A DNA stretch of 64,000 nucleotides from an uncultured Desulfosarcina sp. (GTDB lineage: Bacteria; Desulfobacterota; Desulfobacteria; Desulfobacterales; Desulfosarcinaceae), in assembly GCA_963674945.2 (NCBI GenBank), contig CAXXWQ010000003.1, positions 1,952,001 to 2,016,000 of the forward strand, given 5' to 3'. The position numbers and the translations under genes are program-made. Shown here one piece after another: positions 40,171 to 48,439 of this stretch. The notes under the pieces were generated by a model. It made no database searches. It saw nothing but the letters and a program-made list of their open reading frames with translations, and had not been told where the DNA came from. How positions within the stretch are numbered: the stretch's first letter is position 1; every line of letters begins with the position of its first letter.

Positions 40171-40374
40171 TTATGCCATCCTTTCAAATTCGGTTTGACA
40201 GATGGTGCACCGCGTGCATCCCGGATATGCATCCCGCCGTGCTTTCGGTATTTCTTCTCCGCAATCCTCGCAGTACATGAGTTGCCCTATCCCGACAGGT
40301 CGTAGTTTGTGGTTTTCCATCGCGGCCTGAAAGAGCATGTCGGTCACCTTCAGGCCGCGATCGCCATCGTCCAT
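40171..40374 (-). CDS. TraR/DksA C4-type zinc-finger protein
   Basis: 'CEDCGEEIPKARR.AYPGCTRCTICQ..FE'. Confidence 0.92.
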   Translation of the reverse strand: MDDGDRGLKVTDMLFQAAMENHKLRPVGIGQLMYCEDCGEEIPKARRDAYPGCTRCTICQTEFERMA

Positions 40375-40394
40375 GATTATTCCGCTTCTTCGGC

Positions 40395-40574
40395 CTACAC
40401 GCCCAACTTGGCGTTCAGTTGTTCTCTCCGGCTCTTCCGTTCGACAATATACCTCCCGATGGTTTCCGGCGTCAGCTCTATGCCCTGGTACTTTTTCACG
40501 CGATCGATGATGTCATAGATGAGATTCAGGGCGATGGCGGTTTCTACAATCGGCAAATCTTTTGTTTCAGGCAT
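40395..40574 (-). CDS. Small hypothetical protein (59 aa, below the ORF-track cutoff)
   Basis: MPETKDLPIVETAIALNLIYDIIDRVKKYQGIELTPE...; AAAGGA RBS; fills an operon gap. Confidence 0.65.
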   Translation of the reverse strand: MPETKDLPIVETAIALNLIYDIIDRVKKYQGIELTPETIGRYIVERKSRREQLNAKLGV

Positions 40575-40595
40575 GGCCTGTCCTTTCGTTTATCG

Positions 40596-41186
40596 TTATT
40601 GCTCAGCGGCTTTTGCAATACTGATCGTAATCTGCCGCAGGTAATCACGAAACAACACCTTGTCCTCCGCCGGTATCTCTCCAAAGGCAGCCCAGTCATC
40701 CAGGATCTTATTTGCCTTGCGAAAATAACCGACGATTTGATGGTTGAGATCCGGATTGGTTTCGATCAGGGTCTGTTGGTAAGGGAGATATAACTCCTGG
40801 GCCTCGATATATGCGTCCTGGGCGTCGGCATAAACCGCAACCGCGATGGTGCCCGGATCGTTGGTTTGCGATTTTATCTGCTCTGTGGCGCTTTGGCCGG
40901 CACATCCCTGCATAAACACCATCAATGGACAGATGGACAGAGCGCAGATTATGATTAGAACGCCAACAGACGCCCGCCCGCTCTGTCCGTTGGTCTGGCT
41001 GCCCAGTGAGACTGCGCCTTTTGTAACGAACCGAAGAATAATGTTGAGTATGGGGACGGCGGCCAGCATCGCCTGATAGAACCCGTCCGGCAAATCCACA
41101 CCTAACGCAGCCATAATCGAAATGGCGGCGAGCACGATGGCATTGAAATTGATTGTTTTAGATTTGATCGCGGACTTTGTTTCCAT
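40596..41186 (-). CDS. Lysis-cassette membrane protein (holin-like N-terminus plus an internal lipobox-like domain)
   Basis: Two N-terminal TM helices, then 'GQSGRASVGVLIIICALSICPLMVFMQGC'. Confidence 0.6.
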   Translation of the reverse strand: METKSAIKSKTINFNAIVLAAISIMAALGVDLPDGFYQAMLAAVPILNIILRFVTKGAVSLGSQTNGQSGRASVGVLIIICALSICPLMVFMQGCAGQSATEQIKSQTNDPGTIAVAVYADAQDAYIEAQELYLPYQQTLIETNPDLNHQIVGYFRKANKILDDWAAFGEIPAEDKVLFRDYLRQITISIAKAAEQ

Positions 41187-41199
41187 AAGAGAATCCTCC

Positions 41200-41622
41200 C
41201 TAAAATTGCTCGTAAATTGTCAGATGGGCCGAGTCGTTTTCTCCCATCACATCCATGAATGCCTGAAACGCGCGCCCGGAATTGAGCACGGCGCGGACAG
41301 CTTTGAGCGTGCCGAAGTGCTGTGCCAGCAGGATACATCCCTCGGTGTCGTCGATTTCGTTGCCGGGGTGGAACCTGATAAAATCGCGACCGGGGACATC
41401 GCACACTTCGAACGTCTCGCCGAATCGTTCTGAAAAAACCCGTTTCAATCTGTATTGCTGCGCCGGAATGGAGGATCGGCCCCTTGCGTTCTCAAGGTCA
41501 GCCGGTTCCAGCGTCACGCAGAACACCTGCTTGTTGATCCGGAGCACGCCGAACGTACCGAAATCTGCGTTTTCCTCCAGGCGAATTAGCTCAATGATAG
41601 GCGTCATGGACTCGGCTTCCAA
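41200..41622 (-). CDS. DUF5675 family protein (putative endolysin)
   Basis: 'TFGVL', 'CVTLE', 'SSIPA..Y', 'VPGRDFIRFHPGN...DTEGCILL', 'VLNS..AF'. Confidence 0.85.
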   Translation of the reverse strand: MEAESMTPIIELIRLEENADFGTFGVLRINKQVFCVTLEPADLENARGRSSIPAQQYRLKRVFSERFGETFEVCDVPGRDFIRFHPGNEIDDTEGCILLAQHFGTLKAVRAVLNSGRAFQAFMDVMGENDSAHLTIYEQF

Positions 41623-41693
41623 AATTTCCAGCCGGCTTTGCTGTTCGCCGGCGTCGATGATGGAAAGATCTCATGCAGTCGTGTGAACACACA

Positions 41694-41709
41694 AGTGAAC
41701 TACTTCACT
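41694..41709. promoter_or_regulatory. Dyad AGTGAA-ctac-TTCACT, candidate Mor-dependent late-promoter site
   Basis: Palindrome in the gap between mor and the first lysis gene. Confidence 0.4.
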
Positions 41710-41749
41710 ATTTCACTTCCCTTTTTGGGTTTTTTAGTTGGGAGGGTGG

Positions 41750-42067
41750 TCAAAACAAAGAGAGTTGGATTTGTCCGGAGGATTGCTTTTTGCCAATACA
41801 TCCTCCTTTGGCGAGTATTATCCTGACCCATCGAACTGTCAATCCATATTTCACGGCGAGTTCGCGGTAATTCTTGCCGTTAAATTCGGAACAGATGGCT
41901 CTGTTGCGCGCGTTTTTTGCGATGCTGCCGATGGTGGGCAGGTTCAGCGGGCTGCCGCCGAACCCTCCTATCAATCGCAACAGAGCCTCCATCCCGATAA
42001 GATCGGCCACATATCGAAGTTCGTCCGGCAGGTCATCGTGTTTTATTTTGTGGCGGTATTCTGTCAT
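41750..42067 (-). CDS. mor: Mor/C family transcription activator
   Basis: 'FGGSPL.LP', 'RNRAI..EFNGKNYRELAVKYGLTVRWVR.IL'. Confidence 0.92.
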   Translation of the reverse strand: MTEYRHKIKHDDLPDELRYVADLIGMEALLRLIGGFGGSPLNLPTIGSIAKNARNRAICSEFNGKNYRELAVKYGLTVRWVRIILAKGGCIGKKQSSGQIQLSLF

Positions 42068-42074
42068 CGGTCGA

Positions 42075-42341
42075 CTAAATGAGCTTTTTTAACGTCCTGT
42101 TTTTCAATATTTTCGGTGGATTCAACCCTCTGAATTGTCCATCAACGACACGCACTTCCTCCATTTCCCATCCAGATTGACTCGATTTTCCGGCGGCAAT
42201 GAAGAAACGCAACGCATTCGGCGACAACAGAACATCTCCTGTTGCATAAATAACATTATCTGCATTCCCACGAATCCTGAAATGATGGACTTTTAAGTAT
42301 CGCTTTGCCAGAAATAAAGACAACCTTTGCATCAATGTCAT
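42075..42341 (-). CDS. Hypothetical phage protein
   Basis: 88-aa ORF in the semi-essential early region. Confidence 0.55.
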   Translation of the reverse strand: MTLMQRLSLFLAKRYLKVHHFRIRGNADNVIYATGDVLLSPNALRFFIAAGKSSQSGWEMEEVRVVDGQFRGLNPPKILKNRTLKKLI

Positions 42342-42359
42342 CGTCCGAACTCCATGTAA

Positions 42360-42587
42360 TTACAGATCAGACCGATACCCATGAGGAGCTGGCTCACCAT
42401 AAACCTTGGTCATTAATTCGTCGCTCCAATAAGTTTCGTGTTCCAAATGCGATTCCCTCAATTCTTTTACGGTTTTTAGCTCTACGTTTGCCGATTTGGC
42501 CCCTGTACACATAAATTCACCATACCAGCAGGCCGCCGTTCCGCACTCGCTACAAACCTCAATAATTTTGTTTTCAAAATTTGGCAT
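42360..42587 (-). CDS. Hypothetical Cys-rich protein
   Basis: 'CSECGTAACWYGEFMC'; GGAG RBS. Confidence 0.65.
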   Translation of the reverse strand: MPNFENKIIEVCSECGTAACWYGEFMCTGAKSANVELKTVKELRESHLEHETYWSDELMTKVYGEPAPHGYRSDL

Positions 42588-42618
42588 TCAAGCTCCTTTT
42601 GTTCGTGAGTATCCTGGG

Positions 42619-42867
42619 TTAAGTGGCAACATCATCAAGATGAAACGTGCCAACAACTACCGTCGATTCATTCACTTGTGAAACAGCCTCGAAAAGGAAA
42701 AAGTCACCATGCGGGTATTTTTTCTTCAAGCGAATGATCTCCTCTTCGGCCGGCTCCCGTTCGTCATAGAAACAAGTTGGCCCGAAGTGCGATGGCTGGC
42801 GAAATGATACGCCGATAATCTCGTCATCGTTAAGGTGTTCCAGGTTGATGACACACCAAAGTTTCAT
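42619..42867 (-). CDS. Hypothetical phage protein
   Basis: 82 aa; ATGA overlap with the upstream ORF. Confidence 0.65.
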   Translation of the reverse strand: MKLWCVINLEHLNDDEIIGVSFRQPSHFGPTCFYDEREPAEEEIIRLKKKYPHGDFFLFEAVSQVNESTVVVGTFHLDDVAT

Positions 42868-43031
42868 GCATTCTCTCCAAAATTAAATTCATTCATACAA
42901 TTCGCGCACCTGATTTTCGCAATAAAGAGGAAACCTTGATCATCAACATCAAAAAATACCTTCCAGTTGTCATATCCGCAAAGCAGGCAAATGAACGGCT
43001 TTACTGTTCGAATATTGATGATCTTTCCCAT
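42864..43031 (-). CDS. Small zinc-ribbon protein (55 aa, not in the ORF track)
   Basis: MGKIINIRTVKPFICLLCGYDNW...IRCANCMNEF; start and stop overlap both neighbours. Confidence 0.65.
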   Translation of the reverse strand: MGKIINIRTVKPFICLLCGYDNWKVFFDVDDQGFLFIAKIRCANCMNEFNFGENA

Positions 43032-43522
43032 CAGGTGTAACTCGGAACGTACACGTTGTACTGTGACACCAACTGCCTATCGTTGCTTGTTATATAGTCC
43101 ATTGTGGTTGAAAGGTTCGCGTGACCAAGCATTCTTTGAACAGTGATCGGGCTGGCACCCCTGAGAATCATGTTTGTCGCAAGGGAATGCCGGAATTTGT
43201 GTGGGTGAACTCGTTTCGTAATGGTTGTTCTTTTTTTTACGGTATTGACCAACAGCCGCAGCGCCCATGGCGAGTATTGCCTGTTTCCATGGAGTGTCGT
43301 GAAGAGATAGCTGTCAGCTTCGCGTGGATACTCTGCAAGATATTGCTCTACGTGTTCATGGATCGGCCGCTGTGTTCCGATTGCGCATGTCATTTTTCGT
43401 ATGATCTTCTCGCGATTGTAGATCGTATTGTGTTTTAATCCATCGCGGATAAGCATCTCCCGGCAAAATGATTTCACCAGATCGACATCTTCAACATCAT
43501 TTTCAACTGCAAGCGTCAGCAT
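43031..43522 (-). CDS. Short tyrosine-recombinase-like protein (internally deleted XerC/D-like)
   Basis: 'VHPHKFRHSLAT...GAS...VQRMLGHANLSTTMDY'; only 163 aa from ATG 43522. Confidence 0.8.
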   Translation of the reverse strand: MLTLAVENDVEDVDLVKSFCREMLIRDGLKHNTIYNREKIIRKMTCAIGTQRPIHEHVEQYLAEYPREADSYLFTTLHGNRQYSPWALRLLVNTVKKRTTITKRVHPHKFRHSLATNMILRGASPITVQRMLGHANLSTTMDYITSNDRQLVSQYNVYVPSYT

Positions 43523-44076
43523 CTTTCTCTCCTGTTTCCTTTCTTTTTCTCCCATTGCCCATGCATTTCTTCAGGTGTAAGTATGCGGCTAAAGCCGTCC
43601 TCAGGAGACCTGTTTTCTGCAAATTCCGTTCGCATCGTTCCATCACGCTCCGCCTGATTCTGGCGAACCTCCCGTGCGCGATCCGCGTCGTCGGCCAGGT
43701 CGTAAGCGATCGATTTCAGGTAGCCGTGAGATTCGACCGGTAGACGCCGAGGCGGGACATTCACCATCCGCTCCATTGCCATCCCCCATAATCCAGCATC
43801 GATGGGCCGGGACGGTTTCCCTTTCCACTCAATTTGCGGTTCTGTAATAAGGGTAGCAACCTCGCCGGCAAGGCGTAACGCCCGGCCCCAGACAAGGCCG
43901 CGATATCCCTTTGATCCGTTATATGGCGGACGGAAAAGAGAAAGATACGGCAAGATGTTCCGCGAAACGCTCGTCGGCATAACGGCAACTGTTTTAAGGC
44001 ACTGCCGCGCATCCGCGTTTCCGGTCCACGCCTCAGCGCTCGCAACAGCTCCACAGGAAGGGCATATCAACTTCAT
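43516..44076 (-). CDS. Conserved-type Mu-like phage early hypothetical protein
   Basis: 'MKLICPSCGA', 'YLSLFRP', 'LP..SHGYL..I'. Confidence 0.75.
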   Translation of the reverse strand: MKLICPSCGAVASAEAWTGNADARQCLKTVAVMPTSVSRNILPYLSLFRPPYNGSKGYRGLVWGRALRLAGEVATLITEPQIEWKGKPSRPIDAGLWGMAMERMVNVPPRRLPVESHGYLKSIAYDLADDADRAREVRQNQAERDGTMRTEFAENRSPEDGFSRILTPEEMHGQWEKKKGNRRERC

Positions 44077-44276
44077 CTTTCTCCTTTCACGAAAAACCGG
44101 TCACACGTCCGTTCGCCTGGTGTAGGTTTGTCAGGATCATCCTCGGCCCATTTTTCCCACTGTGTGCAATAAGTCCATAGCCCGGTTTCCCTCCGCCGAA
44201 ACGAGTATGCACCACAGAATCTGCATACACTTTCAACTTTTCGATGGATATCCATGCCGCTCCATCCGGTATTCAT
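44073..44276 (-). CDS. Small Cys-rich hypothetical protein
   Basis: 'CRFC...YC...TCDRF'; coupled to the next gene. Confidence 0.5.
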   Translation of the reverse strand: MNTGWSGMDIHRKVESVCRFCGAYSFRRRETGLWTYCTQWEKWAEDDPDKPTPGERTCDRFFVKGER

Positions 44277-44469
44277 ACCGCCCCCGGCCTACGCACCGGG
44301 TGGAGATATCGAAGCCGTTGGCCCTGAGTTCGGCGATTACTGTATTGACGGCACACACGTCCGCCTGCATCATGATTTCGCGCGTTCCGCGCCACATGCC
44401 GTCCACCAGCAGGTTATGTACCCGCCGCAGCCTGTCACTTTCCTCAATCATCGCATAATGGATTGCCAT
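44233..44469 (-). CDS. Small winged-HTH protein
   Basis: 'SDRLRRV..LL.DG','TREI','AVNTVIAELRANGFDI'. Confidence 0.7.
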   Translation of the reverse strand: MAIHYAMIEESDRLRRVHNLLVDGMWRGTREIMMQADVCAVNTVIAELRANGFDISTRCVGRGRYEYRMERHGYPSKS

Positions 44470-44894
44470 TTTTAGATCTCCCCCGATAGATCCCACCCCT
44501 CACGTTTCGCCTGATAGCGAAGGGCGGTGATTATTTTGTACAGCAGGTGATCCGGAACCCATTCGATTCTGTCCGTCTTGCAGATCCTCTTGGCCAGCGC
44601 ATGTGCATAATTCCAGGGTTTTCCGCCAACGGTGAGAAGTGCCTCGATCTTCTTTAGCTGTGCGGCCCTGTTTCCACGGCTCATGTTCTTCGGCCGCCCA
44701 GGATAACCACGCCGACTGCGTCCGTACTTGAAACCGGACTGGCCAAGGTGCGCCAGTACTTTACGCCGTCCTTTTACAGTAAGGGCTCGCGCAAAAATAA
44801 TTTAACATATTATGAGGCTAATAGTCTCATTAACTATCCTATGGTTGTTTGCAACAAATCCGTATAATTGGCTAAATAGCAATATATTGTCCTG

Positions 44895-45722
44895 TTGCTC
44901 ATAATGAGATCATTGGCCTTGACAGAATCGACCTGTAGGGCTAATTGTATCATTATGAATAAGACAAAATACCATCTCCAAGACATAAAGGATTTCTTTG
45001 GTGTTCACAAAATCGCCACTTTTAATCAACTTCAAGAGGCGCTTGGAAATCCGGCTCGAGCAACGCTGTTTCGAAAATTGGCGCAGCTGAAGTATCTGAG
45101 CAGTTATTCGCATCGAGGTAAATTTTATACTCTTTTATGCATTGCGCGATTTTCTAAACTTGGCCTTTGGTCTTGCAAATATGTTTGGTTTTCACGTTTC
45201 GGTAATTTGCTTCAAACAGCCGAGACCCTTGTTGCCCGATCAGAGGCGGGGTACAGCGCCGCCGAACTAAAAGATATTTTGCACGTCAAGACCAAACATG
45301 CGTTGACCCAACTGGTACGCGACAACCGGCTTCAGCGTAAAAAATTCGAGGCTGTCTACATTTATCTGTCTCCTGAAAACGTTGTTGCTCGCAGACAGGA
45401 GAAAGTTCGCAAATCCCGTTTAAAAAAGTCCTTGGCTTCTGTTATCGTAACCAATCCCGACTTGGCCGCAGAAGAGGCCAAGGCCATAATTGTTCTTTTT
45501 TGCAGTATGCTCGATGAACGCCAACGCCGGCTATACGCCGGGCTTGAATCGTTAAAGTTGGGCCACGGCGGTGACGCCTACATCGCATCGCTGCTTGGCA
45601 TGGATCCTCATACCGTAGCACGTGGTCGACAAGAACTGATCAGCGGCGATTTGAGTACCCAAAAAGTTCGGGCAGCAGGAGGCGGGCGCCTTCTGCAAGA
45701 AAAAAAACGCCCGAAATCATAG
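44895..45722 (+). CDS. ISAzo13 ORF A (N-terminal extension plus the HTH part of the transposase)
   Basis: 'LDERQRRLYAGLES.KLGHGG...IA..LG....TVARGR.EL...VR..GGGR'; ends just after an A8 run. Confidence 0.85.
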   Translation: MLIMRSLALTESTCRANCIIMNKTKYHLQDIKDFFGVHKIATFNQLQEALGNPARATLFRKLAQLKYLSSYSHRGKFYTLLCIARFSKLGLWSCKYVWFSRFGNLLQTAETLVARSEAGYSAAELKDILHVKTKHALTQLVRDNRLQRKKFEAVYIYLSPENVVARRQEKVRKSRLKKSLASVIVTNPDLAAEEAKAIIVLFCSMLDERQRRLYAGLESLKLGHGGDAYIASLLGMDPHTVARGRQELISGDLSTQKVRAAGGGRLLQEKKRPKS

Positions 45723-45739
45723 ACGCCATCGCCGTCATC

Positions 45740-46663
45740 ATGGAGCACGAGACCGCTGGTGATCCGGTAAGTGGGTGTAAGTGGACACGCAAGACCACAG
45801 GAAAAATCGCCCAACAATTGAAACGTGCCGGCATCCGGGTATCGGCCAAAACAGTGGGTAGATTGTTAAAGCAAATGAACTATTCCCTACGCTTGAATCT
45901 TAAATGTCTTGAATCCGGGCAGAGTAAACCACCCGATCCCCACCAGCGTGATTTACAGTTTCGCTATCTTCGCAGCCAGATACGCTGCTATAAAGCCGAC
46001 GGAATGCCCGTGATCAGTGTTGATACCAAAAGCCGAGAACTAATAGGACCGTTCCATCAGGCCGGGCGTCGATGGAGCCAAGCACCGATAAAAGTCTTGG
46101 ATCATGATTTCCCCTCTGACGCCAATGGTGTTGCGATCCCATACGGTATCTATGACATTATTCAAAACAAGGGCTTTGTATGTGTTGGCACCAGTCGCGA
46201 TACTTCCGAGTTTGCCGTAGATTCTATCCGTACATGGTGGCAAAAAGTTGGTTCTCGCCACTATCCTGATGCCGATCGTCTGCTCATTCTGGCCGATTGT
46301 GGTGGAAGCAATGGCTACAGAATCCGGCTTTGGAAACAGCAGCTGCAGATCCGTCTTTGCAGCCGCTTCGGCCTGAAGGTCAAAGTATGTCATTATCCAC
46401 CCGGTTCCTCCAAGTGGAATCCCATCGAACACCGTATGTTTTCTTTCATTAGCAACAACTGGGCAGCACAACCCTTGCTTGATTACGAAACTGTGTTGAA
46501 ATTCATTCGTTCGACCAAAACCGCGACAGGGTTGAAAATCCGCGTTTTTCTTAACAACAAGAATTACCGTAAAGGTAAAAAGGTCTCCGACCAACAAATG
46601 CATCAAATAAACTTGAGACGATATACTCAACGGCCAAATTGGAACTATTCGATCTCACCATGA
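45740..46663 (+). CDS. ISAzo13 DDE transposase catalytic part (-1 frame to ORF A)
   Basis: 'TAGDP', 'PVISVDTK', 'DHDF', 'ADCGGSN', 'HYPPGSSKWNPIEHRMFS', 'WNYSI.P'. Confidence 0.93.
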   Translation: MEHETAGDPVSGCKWTRKTTGKIAQQLKRAGIRVSAKTVGRLLKQMNYSLRLNLKCLESGQSKPPDPHQRDLQFRYLRSQIRCYKADGMPVISVDTKSRELIGPFHQAGRRWSQAPIKVLDHDFPSDANGVAIPYGIYDIIQNKGFVCVGTSRDTSEFAVDSIRTWWQKVGSRHYPDADRLLILADCGGSNGYRIRLWKQQLQIRLCSRFGLKVKVCHYPPGSSKWNPIEHRMFSFISNNWAAQPLLDYETVLKFIRSTKTATGLKIRVFLNNKNYRKGKKVSDQQMHQINLRRYTQRPNWNYSISP

Positions 46664-46871
46664 AAATGTGAATTTATTTTTGCGCGAGCCCTAAGGTCCG
46701 CCGCGCTCGACACCCCGGCCACATTCATCAACATATCCCGATAGACGACGTCATCCATGCCCAACTGCTTCTTGGCGATATGGATCTTCGCAAGATCAAT
46801 ATTTCGTTGGTTTTTAATGGTCTGTTTTCTCACCGATCATCTCCTATGAGCTATGAGCTATGAGCTAAATT

Positions 46872-46933
46872 CGGCTGCTCATCAGGCCGCCCGCGCCACC
46901 GGACGACGATCCCGCCAAAAGCGGGATTTCGCA
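46872..46933 (-). ncRNA. Type II hammerhead ribozyme
   Basis: Minus strand: UGC-GAAA-UCCCGC(uuuug)GCGGGA-UC^-GUCGUCC(ggUGGCgc)GGGCGGC-CUGAUGA-GCA-GCCG; complete core, three stems and a possible loop I pseudoknot. Confidence 0.88.
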
Positions 46934-47548
46934 CTACAACGCCGCAAGATCCATTGACACCTGCCGCCACTTATCCTCTGGGAATTTTCGTTCGTAGAAT
47001 CTGATGTAGCTCTTCGATCCGACCACCTGGATGCTGTCGCCGATGGCCTCCATGGCCCTTAACCATTTTTCGTCGTCGATTTCGTACCGCCGCAGGCCGA
47101 TGATTTGCCGGACGTTTAGACGCCCCTCTTTGTCCACCTGGAACGCATCCATAACGATCACCTTGATCTCGTCGCGCCCTTCCTCTGTCCAGTCGGTGAG
47201 ACACTCGTCGATCAGCGCCTTTGCCGCTTTCAAACGCTCATCAAGCGAAATATGTTCGCTGATCGCCACTTGGATTTTCTTTGTCCCGTCATAGGAAATA
47301 AGGCTCACGTTCCCCTTGTTCCCGCCGAGATGAACTCCGTACTTCTCGGCCGACAAATCGATGAACGCGGAAACGTCCCCCATGCTCCTGACTTTAAATT
47401 CCTTCATGTTTTTTTGAAGTGTTTCTGCCGCCGTAAAAAGTTCTCTGACCAGTGAATCGCGCTCCTGGTCGATTTCATCCACCATGCTCTTCGGGACAAG
47501 GCGCCCCTTGGCATCCTCCATAAAGTCGTCTTTGTTCAGCTCCGCCAT
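46934..47548 (-). CDS. DUF3164 family protein
   Basis: 'MEDAKGRLVP', 'GG.KGNVSL.SYDG', 'DERL.AAKALIDECL..W', 'SKSYIRFYER'. Confidence 0.92.
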   Translation of the reverse strand: MAELNKDDFMEDAKGRLVPKSMVDEIDQERDSLVRELFTAAETLQKNMKEFKVRSMGDVSAFIDLSAEKYGVHLGGNKGNVSLISYDGTKKIQVAISEHISLDERLKAAKALIDECLTDWTEEGRDEIKVIVMDAFQVDKEGRLNVRQIIGLRRYEIDDEKWLRAMEAIGDSIQVVGSKSYIRFYERKFPEDKWRQVSMDLAAL

Positions 47549-47589
47549 TGGTTCCTCCTTGATGTAAAGTCGATCCGTAACGCCCCGGC

Positions 47590-47787
47590 TCATGCTGCAC
47601 TCCGATCCAATTGCCGATGAGCCATGCCGTTGGCGTCCATTATCTTTCGCATCCGGATCAGCGTAACGAGCGCCTTTTGCTTGGCTTCACGACTCTTCTC
47701 GTCGATTACCGAGATGTCATGTAGGTCCATATAAATATCGTTCAACCCTTCGTGTATCTGATCGATCTGCGCCTGTTTTTCCATCAT
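47590..47787 (-). CDS. Small hypothetical protein
   Basis: MMEKQAQIDQIHEGLND...; GGAGG RBS. Confidence 0.6.
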   Translation of the reverse strand: MMEKQAQIDQIHEGLNDIYMDLHDISVIDEKSREAKQKALVTLIRMRKIMDANGMAHRQLDRSAA

Positions 47788-47810
47788 CTCTTTCCTCCTT
47801 TTCCTACAGC

Positions 47811-48113
47811 CTATCTCACATTGCACCTCTGGCAAGCCAGGTAAAGCCGCGCCCGTTGGGGACTGGTCGCCCCAAACGGCTTCCTCCGCTCTTCCGCGCA
47901 GCGCGACAGCGGGATCTCTCCCATCACCGGGCATATCACCGTCTCGTTTCCGTACTCCTCGGCCACCCGCTGCATCATATTCTCCAGGCTTCCGGCATAG
48001 GTCCCTTTCAGCGCCTGGTTGACGGCGGAAGGGGAATACCCCAACCGACGGGCGACGGCTGCCTGTCCGCCTTCTGCAACCGCCTTGCGCAGCAACGCCA
48101 TATTATCTGTCAT
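47811..48113 (-). CDS. HTH protein with a Cys-rich C-terminus (Mu-like early gene)
   Basis: 'GQAAVARRLGYSPSAVNQAL.G.Y.G', 'CPVMGEI...RC', 'ACQRC'. Confidence 0.8.
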   Translation of the reverse strand: MTDNMALLRKAVAEGGQAAVARRLGYSPSAVNQALKGTYAGSLENMMQRVAEEYGNETVICPVMGEIPLSRCAEERRKPFGATSPQRARLYLACQRCNVR

Positions 48114-48439
48114 CGCTCGTCTCCTTCCTCCCTACACTTTTTCCCTAACGGGTTTCCGCACCGTTCGCACCTCATTGGGTACTCCGGCCCAACATCACGC
48201 ACCAACCGATACGCATGGTACGATCCGGCGTGGCCGGAAAGGTTGTCGCTGATTTTAGCCACATATCCATGTTTCAAGAGGCCAAGGACGAATTTTCTCA
48301 CATTATTGGTCTTTGCTCCGGATGTTCTGCAAAGATCTGGTACGGAAAACCGGCGCAGGATGCGCATGCTCTGCCACACCTTCCGCCGCGATGTGTTTTT
48401 TCTAGGCGATGATGCAACCATTCCCTTGATTCCAGCCAT
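48110..48439 (-). CDS. Winged-helix phage early protein
   Basis: 'R.KVWQSMRILRRFS..DL', 'YRLVRD.GP..P'. Confidence 0.75.
   Translation of the reverse strand: MAGIKGMVASSPRKNTSRRKVWQSMRILRRFSVPDLCRTSGAKTNNVRKFVLGLLKHGYVAKISDNLSGHAGSYHAYRLVRDVGPEYPMRCERCGNPLGKKCREEGDER

Larger units (their letters stand above)
44783..46691 (+). mobile_element. ISAzo13-family insertion sequence (1909 bp)
   Basis: 18-bp perfect terminal IR GGGCTCGCGCAAAAATAA; 3-bp TAA duplication at 44780-44782 and 46692-46694. Confidence 0.93.
44472..46833 (-). pseudogene. gemA: GemA (Mu gp16) gene split by ISAzo13 (5' part 46692-46833, 3' part 44472-44782)
   Basis: Removing the IS and one TAA rejoins 'LAKIHIAKKQLGMDDVVYRDML...SSAADL|TVKGRRKVLAHL...GF...QLKKIEALL' in frame. 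Confidence 0.9.

Noticed and set aside
40377..40397. In-frame TAG five codons before a TAA, as amber readthrough or recoding
   Set aside because: A single case; many other phage genes end normally at TAG, so a nonsense mutation or chance is simpler
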